Shown here one piece after another: positions 1 through 9,619 of a stretch of DNA of 64,000 nucleotides. Source of the stretch: a virus. How positions within the stretch are numbered: the first letter of the stretch is position 1; the number at the start of each line of letters is the position of its first letter. The stretch is from the IMG/VR virus record IMGVR_UViG_3300042881_003464, positions 32,001-96,000 of that record; one strand, given 5' to 3'. Under the pieces are notes generated by a model. The model ran no database searches and was not told the origin of the DNA. It saw only the letters and a list, made by a program, of their open reading frames with translations. The translations under genes were made by a program, and so were the position numbers.

Positions 1-388
1 TAAAAGTAAGACCCTGCCTACGACACCATTTGGTAGCTGCATCCCATTTGGCATAATTCACAGCCACAGCAGCGCGATCTCGGGCGCTTTGTTTGCTTTC
101 AATTACGCTTTGTTTTTTGGGTTTGATTTCTATTACTTCGGCTCGGACTTGGTTGTCCTTGGTTCTATAAGTGATAAAAAAGTCTGGAACATAGATGGTC
201 TGTTTGCCACTGAGTGGATTGAGATAAGGAATGCTTATGCTTTCACTGGCCCACTGAAGTATGTTGTCGTTGTTATCACAAAATGCCATAAAAGCAAACT
301 CCCATCCTGATCGGTATCTTGGTTTGCTTTTGCCCACGTACTTGGTGGGATTTTTTACTTCATAAACACCTTGTGCCCAACGTTTCAT
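1..388 (-). CDS. gp4: Head completion nuclease (T4 gp4-like), truncated by window edge; not in ORF track
   Basis: Manual translation from ATG at 388: MKRWAQGVYEVKNPTKYVGKSKPRYRSGWEFAFMAFCDNNDNILQWASESISIPY..YVPDF..EIKP, with gp4/TnsA-like YRSxWE, W.SE, Y.PDF and EIKP motifs. ATGA overlap with the upstream gene. Confidence 0.85.
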   Translation of the reverse strand, partial: MKRWAQGVYEVKNPTKYVGKSKPRYRSGWEFAFMAFCDNNDNILQWASESISIPYLNPLSGKQTIYVPDFFITYRTKDNQVRAEVIEIKPKKQSVIESKQSARDRAAVAVNYAKWDAATKWCRRQGLTF

Positions 389-744
389 GGTATAACATTT
401 CTAGCCACATATTTGTTAGGCAACACACGTGCCTGAACACCCAGCAGCGTAGCTGAACTTTGAAGTCCATTTAGATAGTAAGCCAACACCGAAGTTAGTT
501 CAGGTTGTCCATACCGTTGAAGTTCCTGCAATAGGTCCATGACATTGATGCCTGACTCTCCGCTGACTCTAAACAGTGTGGTAGTAAAGTTCGCAGCAGC
601 TTGGTCAGTATTAAACACAGATCTCATGTAGGAAAACACAGCGTCGTACTGTGCAACTGGAATGCTGGAATCAAAGCCATAGAATTCATCAAACACTCTC
701 ACAGTTTGATCAATTTTTAAATTTGGTTCGTTGACTGATGCCAT
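385..744 (-). CDS. Hypothetical phage protein
   Basis: 119-aa ORF tightly packed in the tail operon. Confidence 0.75.
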   Translation of the reverse strand: MASVNEPNLKIDQTVRVFDEFYGFDSSIPVAQYDAVFSYMRSVFNTDQAAANFTTTLFRVSGESGINVMDLLQELQRYGQPELTSVLAYYLNGLQSSATLLGVQARVLPNKYVARNVIP

Positions 745-754
745 GGTTTAATGT

Positions 755-1927
755 TTATCGCTTGGGTGGAGTTGGGAAGAATACACTGTCACTCTTGTTG
801 ATAATGGCTCTTGTGGCGCCTGGTGCACCTGCACGAATAATATCCTTGGCTGAACCAGTGGCTTCTTCTCTGATAATGCCGCCAATGTCTGCGCCTTTGA
901 AAGTACCGTAGGCAGTGCCAGCTTTTTGAACCGCACCAAGAATGCCGGCTGTGCCACCACGTTGCAGATCGCTGATGATACCAAGACCTGTGTCCAACAA
1001 ACCACCTTGACCCAATACACTGGCTGTGCTGCCAGGGCGTGCCAAAGGACTGCGTTGAGTATCATATCTTGATGGGTCAGCAAAACCTTTGACGTTGACA
1101 TCGCTGTCTGTGGGTTGATCCGATCCTGCTGGCGATCTAGATCCTATAGCACCACTGTAATACTTCACTGTTTCGTACTGAATGGTCATTTGATGCTGCA
1201 TTGGACCTGAATCACTGTAATCAAAGGTATCATGATTCCAGGCTGTGATCACAGGATTGATAAGCACATAACTCACAAACTTGTGTTGATTTAGACCATA
1301 GATTCTAATGTCTCTGAAAAACGGCGGTTTACCGCTGGTGTCAGTGCCATTGCTAAACGCCGCAGGATTTTGATAGCTTTCACCAATAAAGCCCCAATCA
1401 TTACCGTTGCGAGTGTTTTGATAGATATCTCTACCATTGTAATCAAATCCACTGCTGACATTTTCCGCAAGTCCATTGGTTCCTGCTGTACCTGCTCCAC
1501 CATTGTAGGCTTGACTAGGATCTTTGTAGTAGTAACTGAAATAGTTGTACCACATGTTTCTCACAAGATCACTACCGTCATCATGAAATGTAACAGTCAC
1601 AGGTTGATAGTTGATCTTGGTTTGCACCAGTCGTTTACGGTTGTATTGATTTAGAGTGTTTACTGCTAGTTCGTACTGCGGAAGTTGAATGTTTTTAACT
1701 GTTAAGCCAAGATTAGAAACGTCGGTGTTACTAAAAGCACCAGTGGGACCAAACATTTGTGGTATGTTGGCCGCATTGATTGTGAAGCTTACATGATAAA
1801 GAAACTTAAAACGAGGAGCCAGCTCGTATCCGTTTGTACGGAATACTTTGCTGGCATGTTTGTAGTCTCTAAAGGAATCAACACCAACGAATCCTTTAAG
1901 GAAGTCTTGACCCCAAGAAGCTGCCAT
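755..1927 (-). CDS. Tail tube-like protein (tube initiator / gp19-gp54 fold)
   Basis: Tube-type motifs (LPQY..NQYNRKR..KINYQPVTVTFHDD; final 'MTIQYE' strand); next to the tail tube gene. Confidence 0.65.
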   Translation of the reverse strand: MAASWGQDFLKGFVGVDSFRDYKHASKVFRTNGYELAPRFKFLYHVSFTINAANIPQMFGPTGAFSNTDVSNLGLTVKNIQLPQYELAVNTLNQYNRKRLVQTKINYQPVTVTFHDDGSDLVRNMWYNYFSYYYKDPSQAYNGGAGTAGTNGLAENVSSGFDYNGRDIYQNTRNGNDWGFIGESYQNPAAFSNGTDTSGKPPFFRDIRIYGLNQHKFVSYVLINPVITAWNHDTFDYSDSGPMQHQMTIQYETVKYYSGAIGSRSPAGSDQPTDSDVNVKGFADPSRYDTQRSPLARPGSTASVLGQGGLLDTGLGIISDLQRGGTAGILGAVQKAGTAYGTFKGADIGGIIREEATGSAKDIIRAGAPGATRAIINKSDSVFFPTPPKR

Positions 1928-1934
1928 CTATGGT

Positions 1935-2576
1935 TTACGCTGCTGGAGCGCCCGTTAGTGATCCAGTGATTACATCGCCAACTGTTCGTCCAATGGTTGC
2001 GCCAACGCCAGAACCAATTGGTGTCTGCAGAGCATTGTCAAATGCCATGGTCATAGTAATTGTTACAGCTTCGCTTGATCCATAGTTTAGATCATTGTAG
2101 TTGACGCCTTTTAGGTAGCAACCGTAAATTTCCCAGGTTTCAAGAACCACTGGAGCACTGGTACCATTGCCGCCGTCTAGGATCTCGCAACGTGTGGTAA
2201 ATTTATAATCAATACCAGATGCAGCTGATGCCTGTTCCATGAAATCTAGTTGTTTCTGTAGTTGCTCACCAACACGTTTTTGAACATTACCACCTGCATC
2301 GTCACGTAGGTTAACTGTGACGTCACTCCAGCTGTGCTTGCCAGCTAGTTTCAAAGTGCTGTTATAGATTGGCACCAAGATTTCCTCAAAGGTAACCTCG
2401 GGGCGGGTAAAATCAATAACCTGCTTGGTAAGTTCAGTACGCGGTGTGCTCACACCCAAACCTTCAAATATCACTCTAAAGCGATACTTTAGTTTGGGCA
2501 TTAACAGGCCCTGGGTCGATGAACTTTGATCGCTGGCCAGTGGCACTGTCATTCTTGTTAGCGATGATACGGCCAT
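1935..2576 (-). CDS. gp19: Tail tube protein (gp19-like)
   Basis: 213 aa directly after the sheath; KLAGKHSW.DVTVNLRDD, WEIYGCY, LNYGSSEAVTI motifs; SD GGAG and TAAATA promoter. Confidence 0.85.
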   Translation of the reverse strand: MAVSSLTRMTVPLASDQSSSTQGLLMPKLKYRFRVIFEGLGVSTPRTELTKQVIDFTRPEVTFEEILVPIYNSTLKLAGKHSWSDVTVNLRDDAGGNVQKRVGEQLQKQLDFMEQASAASGIDYKFTTRCEILDGGNGTSAPVVLETWEIYGCYLKGVNYNDLNYGSSEAVTITMTMAFDNALQTPIGSGVGATIGRTVGDVITGSLTGAPAA

Positions 2577-2595
2577 GTTTATCTCCTATATACAG

Positions 2596-2602
2596 TATTT
2601 AT
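2596..2602 (-). promoter_or_regulatory. T4-type late promoter (ATAAATA) for tail tube
   Basis: The same TAAATA motif recurs upstream of many structural genes; a gp55-like gene is in the window. Confidence 0.7.
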
Positions 2603-2638
2603 GGCACAACAATCCTGGAAAATCATGTCCATATTCTA

Positions 2639-5600
2639 TTAGATAGCCTGTGCTGATGCTGTTTGTCCAGCACTGATTTCACCAGTGTTCTTGATTCGCA
2701 GCGGAATGTAGATAAATTCAACTGCTTTAACAGGTTCAATAGCAATATCTACATAGAGCTCGTTACGATCAATTGTGGCTGGTGTGTTGTTGCTGAGATC
2801 GCATACCACAAGATAATCATATACACCACGCTTGGCCACAAGGTCAATCATGAGACTTTCACAGCTATTCTTGATTTCGTCTCGTGTGATTTGATCATTT
2901 GGTTCAAACAAGAACTGTTTACCAATTTGCTCTAGTCTGCCACGGATAAATGCAACCAAACGGGCTACATTGATACGATTTAGAGCAGAGCTAATGCTGG
3001 TAGCTGTCTTATTACCAAAGTTAGTGATGCCCACACCTGGAATAAAGGTAATTGGGTTGATAGCGTTTTCATACAACACATCTCTCAGGCCTTGACGCAC
3101 ACCAAGTTGTACAAACTCACCAGTTTGAGCATTGATATAACCAATGCGATCTGCATTGTCTACTAGACCACGACGTGTACCAGCAGGTGCCATCCAGGGG
3201 AAAGCCACTTCGTCGTTACGAATAAATGTACGCAGCATCATGTGAGTAGCTGGCTGCACAATTGGGTTGCCGCTGAGATCAGTAGTCTGACAGCTGGGAT
3301 AGAACGTTGCCATGTATTGATTAGCAGTGTTCAATCCATCACCAGTAGGCAAGCCTTCACCGTTGTTGTCAGTTACCCAATCAGTGATACCAGTGCCTTC
3401 TGGACTTAGACGCAGAGGTGTGTCAACCAACACAAAACCAGTGTTGTTACGCTCGTTGTTTAAGGCCACCATGTTCACAGCAAGTTCTGGATACTGTGGA
3501 GTAGCAATCAGCTGATATACCAACTGTTCTTCACGAAGTTGTGTGTTTGAATCAATGCCTGCTTTCAATGCCTGTACGACCAAGGCACGCTGTGCTTGAC
3601 GTCCCATGTATGGGCTACCGTCGTTCTTAAGTCCGCTGGCACTAACCCATGCATTTCTTTCAGCTGGCAGAGTTACATCTGGATAGTCAGTTGGGTTGAA
3701 GTAATTGACTGCAAATCTCTTGACATTGAATCCCGAACGACGTGTGTTAAACAACAGCATGCCTGTGGGATATAGATCAGGATCAGGTGCATCAAGATCC
3801 AGATAATCCGAAGTCAACAGACTCACAATACTTGGAATAGCATCAGTGATTGGATTCACTGATCCATTTGTGCCCCAACGTGCATCTGCAAATAGAATAC
3901 CATTTTCTGTGGTTTGATCAGCGTTGCTGATCTTGACCCATTGATCTTCACCATCAACATTTTCCCAGCGGTAGAGCTGTGGATAGTTTTCTAGGTCGCT
4001 GGTATCAATCCAAAGATCACCATACACCAGTGGACTCTGAGCCACATCATTTTGTGTGGTTGGAGCTGTGGTGCTGAACTGTGGACCAGTTGCATTGGTC
4101 AAGCTTAGGTTAAAGCCTCGCACATCATTGGTGACGTTTTGATAACCTTGCCATCCGTTGTCACCATTGATCATGATATCTGCTTGATCAACAGCGGAAT
4201 AGTACCATAGACGTCCATTGGCTGGATCTTGATCAGGTGCGTTGTCGCTGGCTGTGTAGTCAAACTCAACCCAGTTGCTCAAAGTATATGAACCATCTGG
4301 GTTGGCTCTAGCATTGATTGACTGGTCAAAACCAGCAGTCAGTAGAGGTGTACCGCTGACATCTTCAACCACTATCACACCGCCTAGTGCATGTGTAAGA
4401 ACCATTTGACCATTGGCGTTTACCGAAGCCGACACCTTGGGCACGTTGGCTGCACTCACAGCAGTCACAAAAGCTGCTGGGGTAGATCCATTAATAACCA
4501 CTGTCACAGGGTTTGTTAATGTATCGCTGTTGGCAGTGCTGGCTTGAATTGTAAATGATGTGCCATTGATAAACACTGGATCAATTTCGCTACCTGTGGC
4601 ATTGGTTGGTCCTGTGGCCAGGCGTTTTAGAATTTCTAGTGTAAATGTTTCGTCTTGTTCAACATTGGTAACTGCATAGGTTGAGTTAGCAGGAATATTT
4701 TGTCCACCGCCTGCAGGATCAAGTGCTTTGTTAGCAGCTTGGTCGCTGGAATAGATTGGACAGCCTTGCTGAACAAATGCGCCCAACACGCTGTCATAGC
4801 GTTTGATCACAAGATTAGCACCAAGATTGCTTGCAGTTGTTTTGTTCCATACACTGCCAGTGGCCTTGGGCTCAGCATCAGTTTCACGCCAGCGAGGTAC
4901 CTGGAAGTTAGGACTCTGTTGTAGTGCAGGAGCATAATATGATCTTGGAGTAATTCCAAGTTCGCCCAGCGGATTGCCTGTTACATTGTACAATGTAACA
5001 ATACCACCATTGGCTGTTGAACCATCACTTGTGGCCTGACTATCTGCATAGATTGTCAAGCGTCCGTCAACTTCTGCGGCTGTAACACCAGTGATGCTAG
5101 CAGCATTGATAGCAGTTACCACGTCAGTGATTGTGTTGTTTGGTGCCACTGAAATATTGATTGGCACATCGTTTACTGTGAAAACGGTGTTTGGAGTCAG
5201 TGATACTGGAGCCAGGTTACCCTGTACAGTTGGCCAGCTCAGTTTCCATGGATCACTACCAACCAATACCCAGTCATTCACTGAGTTCTTGTAGTAAACA
5301 GGATTGTTCGCATTCAAGGCATTGATAGCATAGCTACCAATTGTGCCAATTGATTGAAGTGGCAGTGTGCTAGGTGCTGGCTCAAGCTGATCAGTGCTTG
5401 TGATCACAATCGGAGTGATTTCACTAAAGGTGCCTGTGGCCAGGTTCCATTGGAAGATGCCCCAGCGAGTGGTTGCTGTGTCAAACCAGAAAGTGCCATT
5501 GTCAGGATCGCCAGTGGGGCGTACCAGTGTAGCAGTGAGTTCTGCTAGGTCAACGTCAGCACGCTGAACATAAGCACGGTTACTGATACCCAGGCATGAA

Positions 5601-5893
5601 TATGCAGCCATTAGGCCATATTCATTGAGTTCGTATCCATTGATTGGTGTTCCAGCTGATGTTTGATAGAAGAATGGTACACCAAAAGTAGCGGCTAAGT
5701 CACGCTGACTTGTGATAGTGTACACACGGTTAGCGTTTGCCGCTAGTGTTCCAGGTGCTACGCCGACGCCAGTGCCAGAAATTTTGTTCTGGGCAGTGGC
5801 TATCATGATAAACGGTACGGTATTGGTGGCTGCAGGGATGTAGTTACTTTCGTCAATAACGGTAACTTCTACGCCAGGTGATGTAAGTGCCAT
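2639..5893 (-). CDS. gp18: Tail sheath protein (gp18-like) with large insertion domains
   Basis: N-terminal SPGVEVTVIDES; C-terminal WMAPAGTRRG, LYENAINPI, RINVARL, FEPND, EPVKAVEFIYI. Confidence 0.95.
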   Translation of the reverse strand: MALTSPGVEVTVIDESNYIPAATNTVPFIMIATAQNKISGTGVGVAPGTLAANANRVYTITSQRDLAATFGVPFFYQTSAGTPINGYELNEYGLMAAYSCLGISNRAYVQRADVDLAELTATLVRPTGDPDNGTFWFDTATTRWGIFQWNLATGTFSEITPIVITSTDQLEPAPSTLPLQSIGTIGSYAINALNANNPVYYKNSVNDWVLVGSDPWKLSWPTVQGNLAPVSLTPNTVFTVNDVPINISVAPNNTITDVVTAINAASITGVTAAEVDGRLTIYADSQATSDGSTANGGIVTLYNVTGNPLGELGITPRSYYAPALQQSPNFQVPRWRETDAEPKATGSVWNKTTASNLGANLVIKRYDSVLGAFVQQGCPIYSSDQAANKALDPAGGGQNIPANSTYAVTNVEQDETFTLEILKRLATGPTNATGSEIDPVFINGTSFTIQASTANSDTLTNPVTVVINGSTPAAFVTAVSAANVPKVSASVNANGQMVLTHALGGVIVVEDVSGTPLLTAGFDQSINARANPDGSYTLSNWVEFDYTASDNAPDQDPANGRLWYYSAVDQADIMINGDNGWQGYQNVTNDVRGFNLSLTNATGPQFSTTAPTTQNDVAQSPLVYGDLWIDTSDLENYPQLYRWENVDGEDQWVKISNADQTTENGILFADARWGTNGSVNPITDAIPSIVSLLTSDYLDLDAPDPDLYPTGMLLFNTRRSGFNVKRFAVNYFNPTDYPDVTLPAERNAWVSASGLKNDGSPYMGRQAQRALVVQALKAGIDSNTQLREEQLVYQLIATPQYPELAVNMVALNNERNNTGFVLVDTPLRLSPEGTGITDWVTDNNGEGLPTGDGLNTANQYMATFYPSCQTTDLSGNPIVQPATHMMLRTFIRNDEVAFPWMAPAGTRRGLVDNADRIGYINAQTGEFVQLGVRQGLRDVLYENAINPITFIPGVGITNFGNKTATSISSALNRINVARLVAFIRGRLEQIGKQFLFEPNDQITRDEIKNSCESLMIDLVAKRGVYDYLVVCDLSNNTPATIDRNELYVDIAIEPVKAVEFIYIPLRIKNTGEISAGQTASAQAI

Positions 5894-5921
5894 GTTGATG
5901 GTTCCTTTTACAAGTTATTGA

Positions 5922-5986
5922 TATTTATCGGAAACACCAAAAACTGCTGAGATACGTTGCCCTTTGCAAAGGTCCGCTAGTAAATA
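5922..5986. promoter_or_regulatory. Divergent pair of late promoters (ATAAATA on minus for sheath; TAAATA at 5981 on plus)
   Basis: tatttat at 5922-5928 and taaata at 5981-5986. Confidence 0.6.
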
Positions 5987-5991
5987 CTCAC

Positions 5992-6339
5992 ATGAAACGT
6001 CCTATATGCACTGTGTGCCAACAAAGACCTTGTGCCGTGAATTATCATAGTCAAGACACAGTACACTATCGTAGCAAGTGTGATACTTGTTCGAGAAAAC
6101 ACAAGAAACTCAAGCCAAGAGAGCCCAAGTGGAAAAAGCAGGGATACAAAAAGAAATCAATCTGCGACTTGTGCGGATTCAAAGCCCGCATAGCCAGCCA
6201 GATCCTAGTGTATCACATAGACGGGGATCTAAACAACGTAGAACACCGCAACCTTCGCAGTGTGTGTAGAAACTGTGTAGAGGATATCAAACGGCAAGAC
6301 CGTCCTTGGCGGCGTGGTGATCTTGAACCAGACTTTTAA
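5992..6339 (+). CDS. Zn-finger / HNH-like protein
   Basis: Four CxxC pairs; VYHIDGDLNN...NLRSVCRNC is HNH-like. Confidence 0.7.
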   Translation: MKRPICTVCQQRPCAVNYHSQDTVHYRSKCDTCSRKHKKLKPREPKWKKQGYKKKSICDLCGFKARIASQILVYHIDGDLNNVEHRNLRSVCRNCVEDIKRQDRPWRRGDLEPDF

Positions 6340-6961
6340 GCTGCTGGTAAAGATCTTGTATAGAACCATTGTTGTCAAGCTCAGCATCAAACCGCTGTCC
6401 TATCCAGGCCCACTCGCTGTGATGTACGTCTGGAAAACGCTGCGCCATGAGTTCATGGGCGTCTTCCAGTAACCACTGATCGTCTTCTCCAGTGGTATTT
6501 TCCTTGAGCGCACACTGGTACCATTTGGGCAGGTCGCCGCGTTTGATCCAATAGATGCGTCCACCGGCCCTGCGAATTGCAGCTATTTCATTAGGAAAAC
6601 GCACGTCAGAAATCACCACGTGATCACTGCTGGTGTGAAGTTTGTTTTCTAAACTGGCTATCCAGATGTCATCATGAAATCCCTGGCGGCACACTTCTGT
6701 GCCCCAGTTTTGCAATATCCAACGAGGAGTTAGATCCGGCATGCCTAATCTCTGGCTCCACCAGGGATCAACTTTTTCTCTCCAGGCTCGACTTTCTGCT
6801 GTGCGTCCTTCCAACATCACTCGATCCCAGCCAAACACCGCACTCACAGCATCTTTGAGTGTGTTTGCAAAACTGTCACGTCTAAAACCATGAAAGTTTA
6901 CCAAATAATCAGCAGCAGTGTCTTTACCTGACCCAATTAATCCCACGAACCCTACTATCAT
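6287..6961 (-). CDS. Deoxynucleoside monophosphate kinase (T4 gp1-like)
   Basis: P-loop GLIGSGKDT; SFANTLKD, TPRWILQNWGTE, ISDVRFPNE, HHSE. Confidence 0.9.
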   Translation of the reverse strand: MIVGFVGLIGSGKDTAADYLVNFHGFRRDSFANTLKDAVSAVFGWDRVMLEGRTAESRAWREKVDPWWSQRLGMPDLTPRWILQNWGTEVCRQGFHDDIWIASLENKLHTSSDHVVISDVRFPNEIAAIRRAGGRIYWIKRGDLPKWYQCALKENTTGEDDQWLLEDAHELMAQRFPDVHHSEWAWIGQRFDAELDNNGSIQDLYQQLKSLVQDHHAAKDGLAV

Positions 6962-7524
6962 GCCATGTCCTTTATACCAATACGCCGGAGTGTTTCTTGC
7001 AGTAAATCAATCTGTCTGCGACAGTCGTCAAGAGCATGGTGGCTTGCGGGCCGGTGCGCTTGATTATTAATCAACATTGGAGCAACTGGTGTGTCGTTAA
7101 ATTTTTCATTGGGCCACAGCATATACACAGTACGGCAGTCTCGTACCTTGTAGTACTGCCAGGGCAAGGGCTTTTGATAGCTCTTGTACGCATGCTCCAA
7201 AATAGTCATGTCAAAGGTTGGCCCATTGGCCCAGATAGCACTGCTTTTCCAAATAAGTTTGCCCAGTTCGTCCAGCACTTGGTCCAGAGGCTTACGATTG
7301 TCTTCAGCAAAGGCTTCTTCTCTAGCAAAGTCACTTTGCTTGGCCCACCAATCCAGTGTTCCTTGTTCTATGCTACGATTGGATTGACTTTCAAGATCCA
7401 CCCTGGCATAGTAGTTAGAGTCGTAGTAACCCTGTCCTAGGGGGTCAAAGGCCTGTGCTGCCACAGTAAGGATTGTGGCTTCTGGAGCGGTGGCTAGAGT
7501 TTCTATGTCAATCATGAGATGCAT
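6958..7524 (-). CDS. DEDD 3'-5' exonuclease (DexA / RNase AS-like)
   Basis: HLMIDIETL, WANGPTFD..IL, RDCRT, HHALDDC. Confidence 0.85.
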   Translation of the reverse strand: MHLMIDIETLATAPEATILTVAAQAFDPLGQGYYDSNYYARVDLESQSNRSIEQGTLDWWAKQSDFAREEAFAEDNRKPLDQVLDELGKLIWKSSAIWANGPTFDMTILEHAYKSYQKPLPWQYYKVRDCRTVYMLWPNEKFNDTPVAPMLINNQAHRPASHHALDDCRRQIDLLQETLRRIGIKDMA

Positions 7525-7530
7525 AGAAGT

Positions 7531-7558
7531 ATTATAACAGAAGTTGTGGTAAAGTCAA
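7531..7558 (-). promoter_or_regulatory. Sigma70-type promoter for exonuclease/kinase operon
   Basis: TTGACT-N16-TATAAT ending 6 nt before the ATG. Confidence 0.75.
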
Positions 7559-7566
7559 AGACTAGA

Positions 7567-8328
7567 TCAACCAATCACCCAGGTCAAGGGCTGTGATCCG
7601 TCTACGTAGTTTTTGAGCTGTTCGACCAAAGCATCCATTTGTGTCTGTGCTTCGGCTTTCATTGCTGTACCGTTGAGTGTGGTGCCGCCACCGGGTCCTG
7701 CTATGGTGGCAAATTTTTCACGAGCCTCGCCTACCATCATTTTGCTGGCAGCTACCATATAGTCCCTAATCCATTGACTGATTTGATAGTCTGACAACAG
7801 TTGCACCTCGGGCTTGAGTTGATACACCCACAGCAACACCTGTTCTCCGGAGCCTTTGGGATCACGTATCAGTTGCAACTTCTTGGTCACAGGATTCCAG
7901 GTAAAGTTGATAAAGCCACCAAACATACGTGCTGCTAGCTCAACATACTGAGTGTAAAAATCGTATGTGGCTAGGCCGCCGCTTTGGTTGAAGTTCATGA
8001 GATAAACCTGCATCTGAGCCTGGCTAAAAGGATCAAAAGCCGAACTAAAAGGTCCAGTGGCAATACCAAATGTTCTACGAAAGATCTGCTTGACCTGTAT
8101 CACTTCTTGGGGCAAGAAATACTCGTTTTGATCTGTGATCAACTCCATGAAGATGTAACATTCTTCATAGGCATTTTGCGCACGTTGTCTGTAGGTTCCT
8201 ATGGTTCGCTGATAAGCAGCCTCATAATGTGCTGGATCAAGCTCAACATCAATCATGAAATTGCCCAGCTGAAGCTGTGTATACTCAATTAGTTCTTGTT
8301 TTTTGGTTTCTAGGCTACCCTCGTGCAT
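7567..8328 (-). CDS. gp13: Neck protein (gp13-like)
   Basis: LG...IDVELD; GEAREKFATIAGPGGGTTLNG..MKAEA; TAAATA upstream at ~8346. Confidence 0.8.
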   Translation of the reverse strand: MHEGSLETKKQELIEYTQLQLGNFMIDVELDPAHYEAAYQRTIGTYRQRAQNAYEECYIFMELITDQNEYFLPQEVIQVKQIFRRTFGIATGPFSSAFDPFSQAQMQVYLMNFNQSGGLATYDFYTQYVELAARMFGGFINFTWNPVTKKLQLIRDPKGSGEQVLLWVYQLKPEVQLLSDYQISQWIRDYMVAASKMMVGEAREKFATIAGPGGGTTLNGTAMKAEAQTQMDALVEQLKNYVDGSQPLTWVIG

Positions 8329-8348
8329 GATCGCTCCTGATCCAGTAT

Positions 8349-9503
8349 TTACCGGATTCGCAGCAGCAGCAAGTTCTCGTTTCCACGCCCATTGAACTTG
8401 GTTTCAGTGCTCTTGATATCTTTGAAATACTTTCTAGCAGCAGGAGCACCACCGCTCATCAGCGCCTTGATTTGCTCAGCTGGTTTACGCAGAGTTTTCT
8501 GTATGCTGTTTGTGGCATCATAGCCCAGTATAGCACTGTTCTTGACCGACAAGCTTTGTACATGACTGTCGGCCACAACATGAATCAGCTTGCGTTTTTT
8601 GCTGTCATACAACCAAGCTTCAGTGGCGCCAACTAACTTGGTCACAGGTTCCGAAGTAAGCTTGAGCTCTGGAAACTCTTTGAGGTACTTGAACTTGGCA
8701 GTGAGTTTTTCTGCACTCACTGGCTTTTTCTTGCGTGGTTTTCGCTCTACTTTTTTAATCTGCACATAACTGTCGCAGTCTGCTAGTACCTGCTCCGCAA
8801 ACTTGACTAGATTGCGTAGTTGTATTTTGCCAAAGCGACCGTAACCTTCGGCTAGTTGTGCATCTTTGCCTAGCACAGCTTCTGCAAATTCATCACGATG
8901 CTTGATCCAACTGTCTCGCACCACGCTGATATGCTGTGGACTGATGTTCATGCCGCGCAGTAGGTTTATGGGTTTGTGTTCTGCTGTGATCTTAACATCA
9001 TTGGCAATCACTGCATCTAGCATGCCTTCTAGTTCGCCTGCTACTTCCGCGGCTTTTTCGCGCAGCCTGTCTTGAATGTTGGGCTTGCTCACAGACTCTT
9101 CCACTTCTTCTACTACCTGTTTGACAGATTTAGCAGCAGCGATCAAATCAGCAATGTGAGTGTCTAGTTTTGCTCGTTCATCGGCCAAGAGTTCTAGCCC
9201 ACGTAGATTCATTCGGCTCAGCCAACCTATGGTGCAGCTAACAGATTGTTCGGGCACTCGCCCCAAGGCCTTAGCATCAGCTGATCTATCATTGCGTGCC
9301 AGCCAATCAATCAAGAGTTCTTTGGCTTCTTTTTTGCCAAAGCTATAGTGATACCATCCAAATGCCCGACTCAAGCTACTAACTCTGTTGTCGCTGTCCG
9401 GCTGCACTTTCCATTCTGGTTCTGACCCAGTGTACTTGACATCAGATTTTGAAGTCATTGCTTTGAGTGGGCGGTTTGTTTTCACAGATTTTGTAGCGTT
9501 CAT
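8349..9503 (-). CDS. Hypothetical early protein, Lys-rich
   Basis: 384-aa ORF with SD (GGAG) and its own sigma70 promoter. Confidence 0.75.
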   Translation of the reverse strand: MNATKSVKTNRPLKAMTSKSDVKYTGSEPEWKVQPDSDNRVSSLSRAFGWYHYSFGKKEAKELLIDWLARNDRSADAKALGRVPEQSVSCTIGWLSRMNLRGLELLADERAKLDTHIADLIAAAKSVKQVVEEVEESVSKPNIQDRLREKAAEVAGELEGMLDAVIANDVKITAEHKPINLLRGMNISPQHISVVRDSWIKHRDEFAEAVLGKDAQLAEGYGRFGKIQLRNLVKFAEQVLADCDSYVQIKKVERKPRKKKPVSAEKLTAKFKYLKEFPELKLTSEPVTKLVGATEAWLYDSKKRKLIHVVADSHVQSLSVKNSAILGYDATNSIQKTLRKPAEQIKALMSGGAPAARKYFKDIKSTETKFNGRGNENLLLLRIR

Positions 9504-9529
9504 AGTAGCTCCGTATTCAACACCTAGTA

Positions 9530-9558
9530 ATTATAGCATTCCAAGCTTATTTGGTCAA
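9530..9558 (-). promoter_or_regulatory. Sigma70-type promoter
   Basis: TTGACC-N17-TATAAT with TG extended -10. Confidence 0.8.
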
Positions 9559-9619
9559 CCAAATTGATAGGTGCTCTACACCTGGGCTTGTCCGGTAAAT
9601 ACTACGAGGAACAGCCAAA

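Noticed and set aside
5992-6339. Mobile homing endonuclease or intron
   Set aside because: It is free-standing, short, has its own late promoter, and interrupts no gene.
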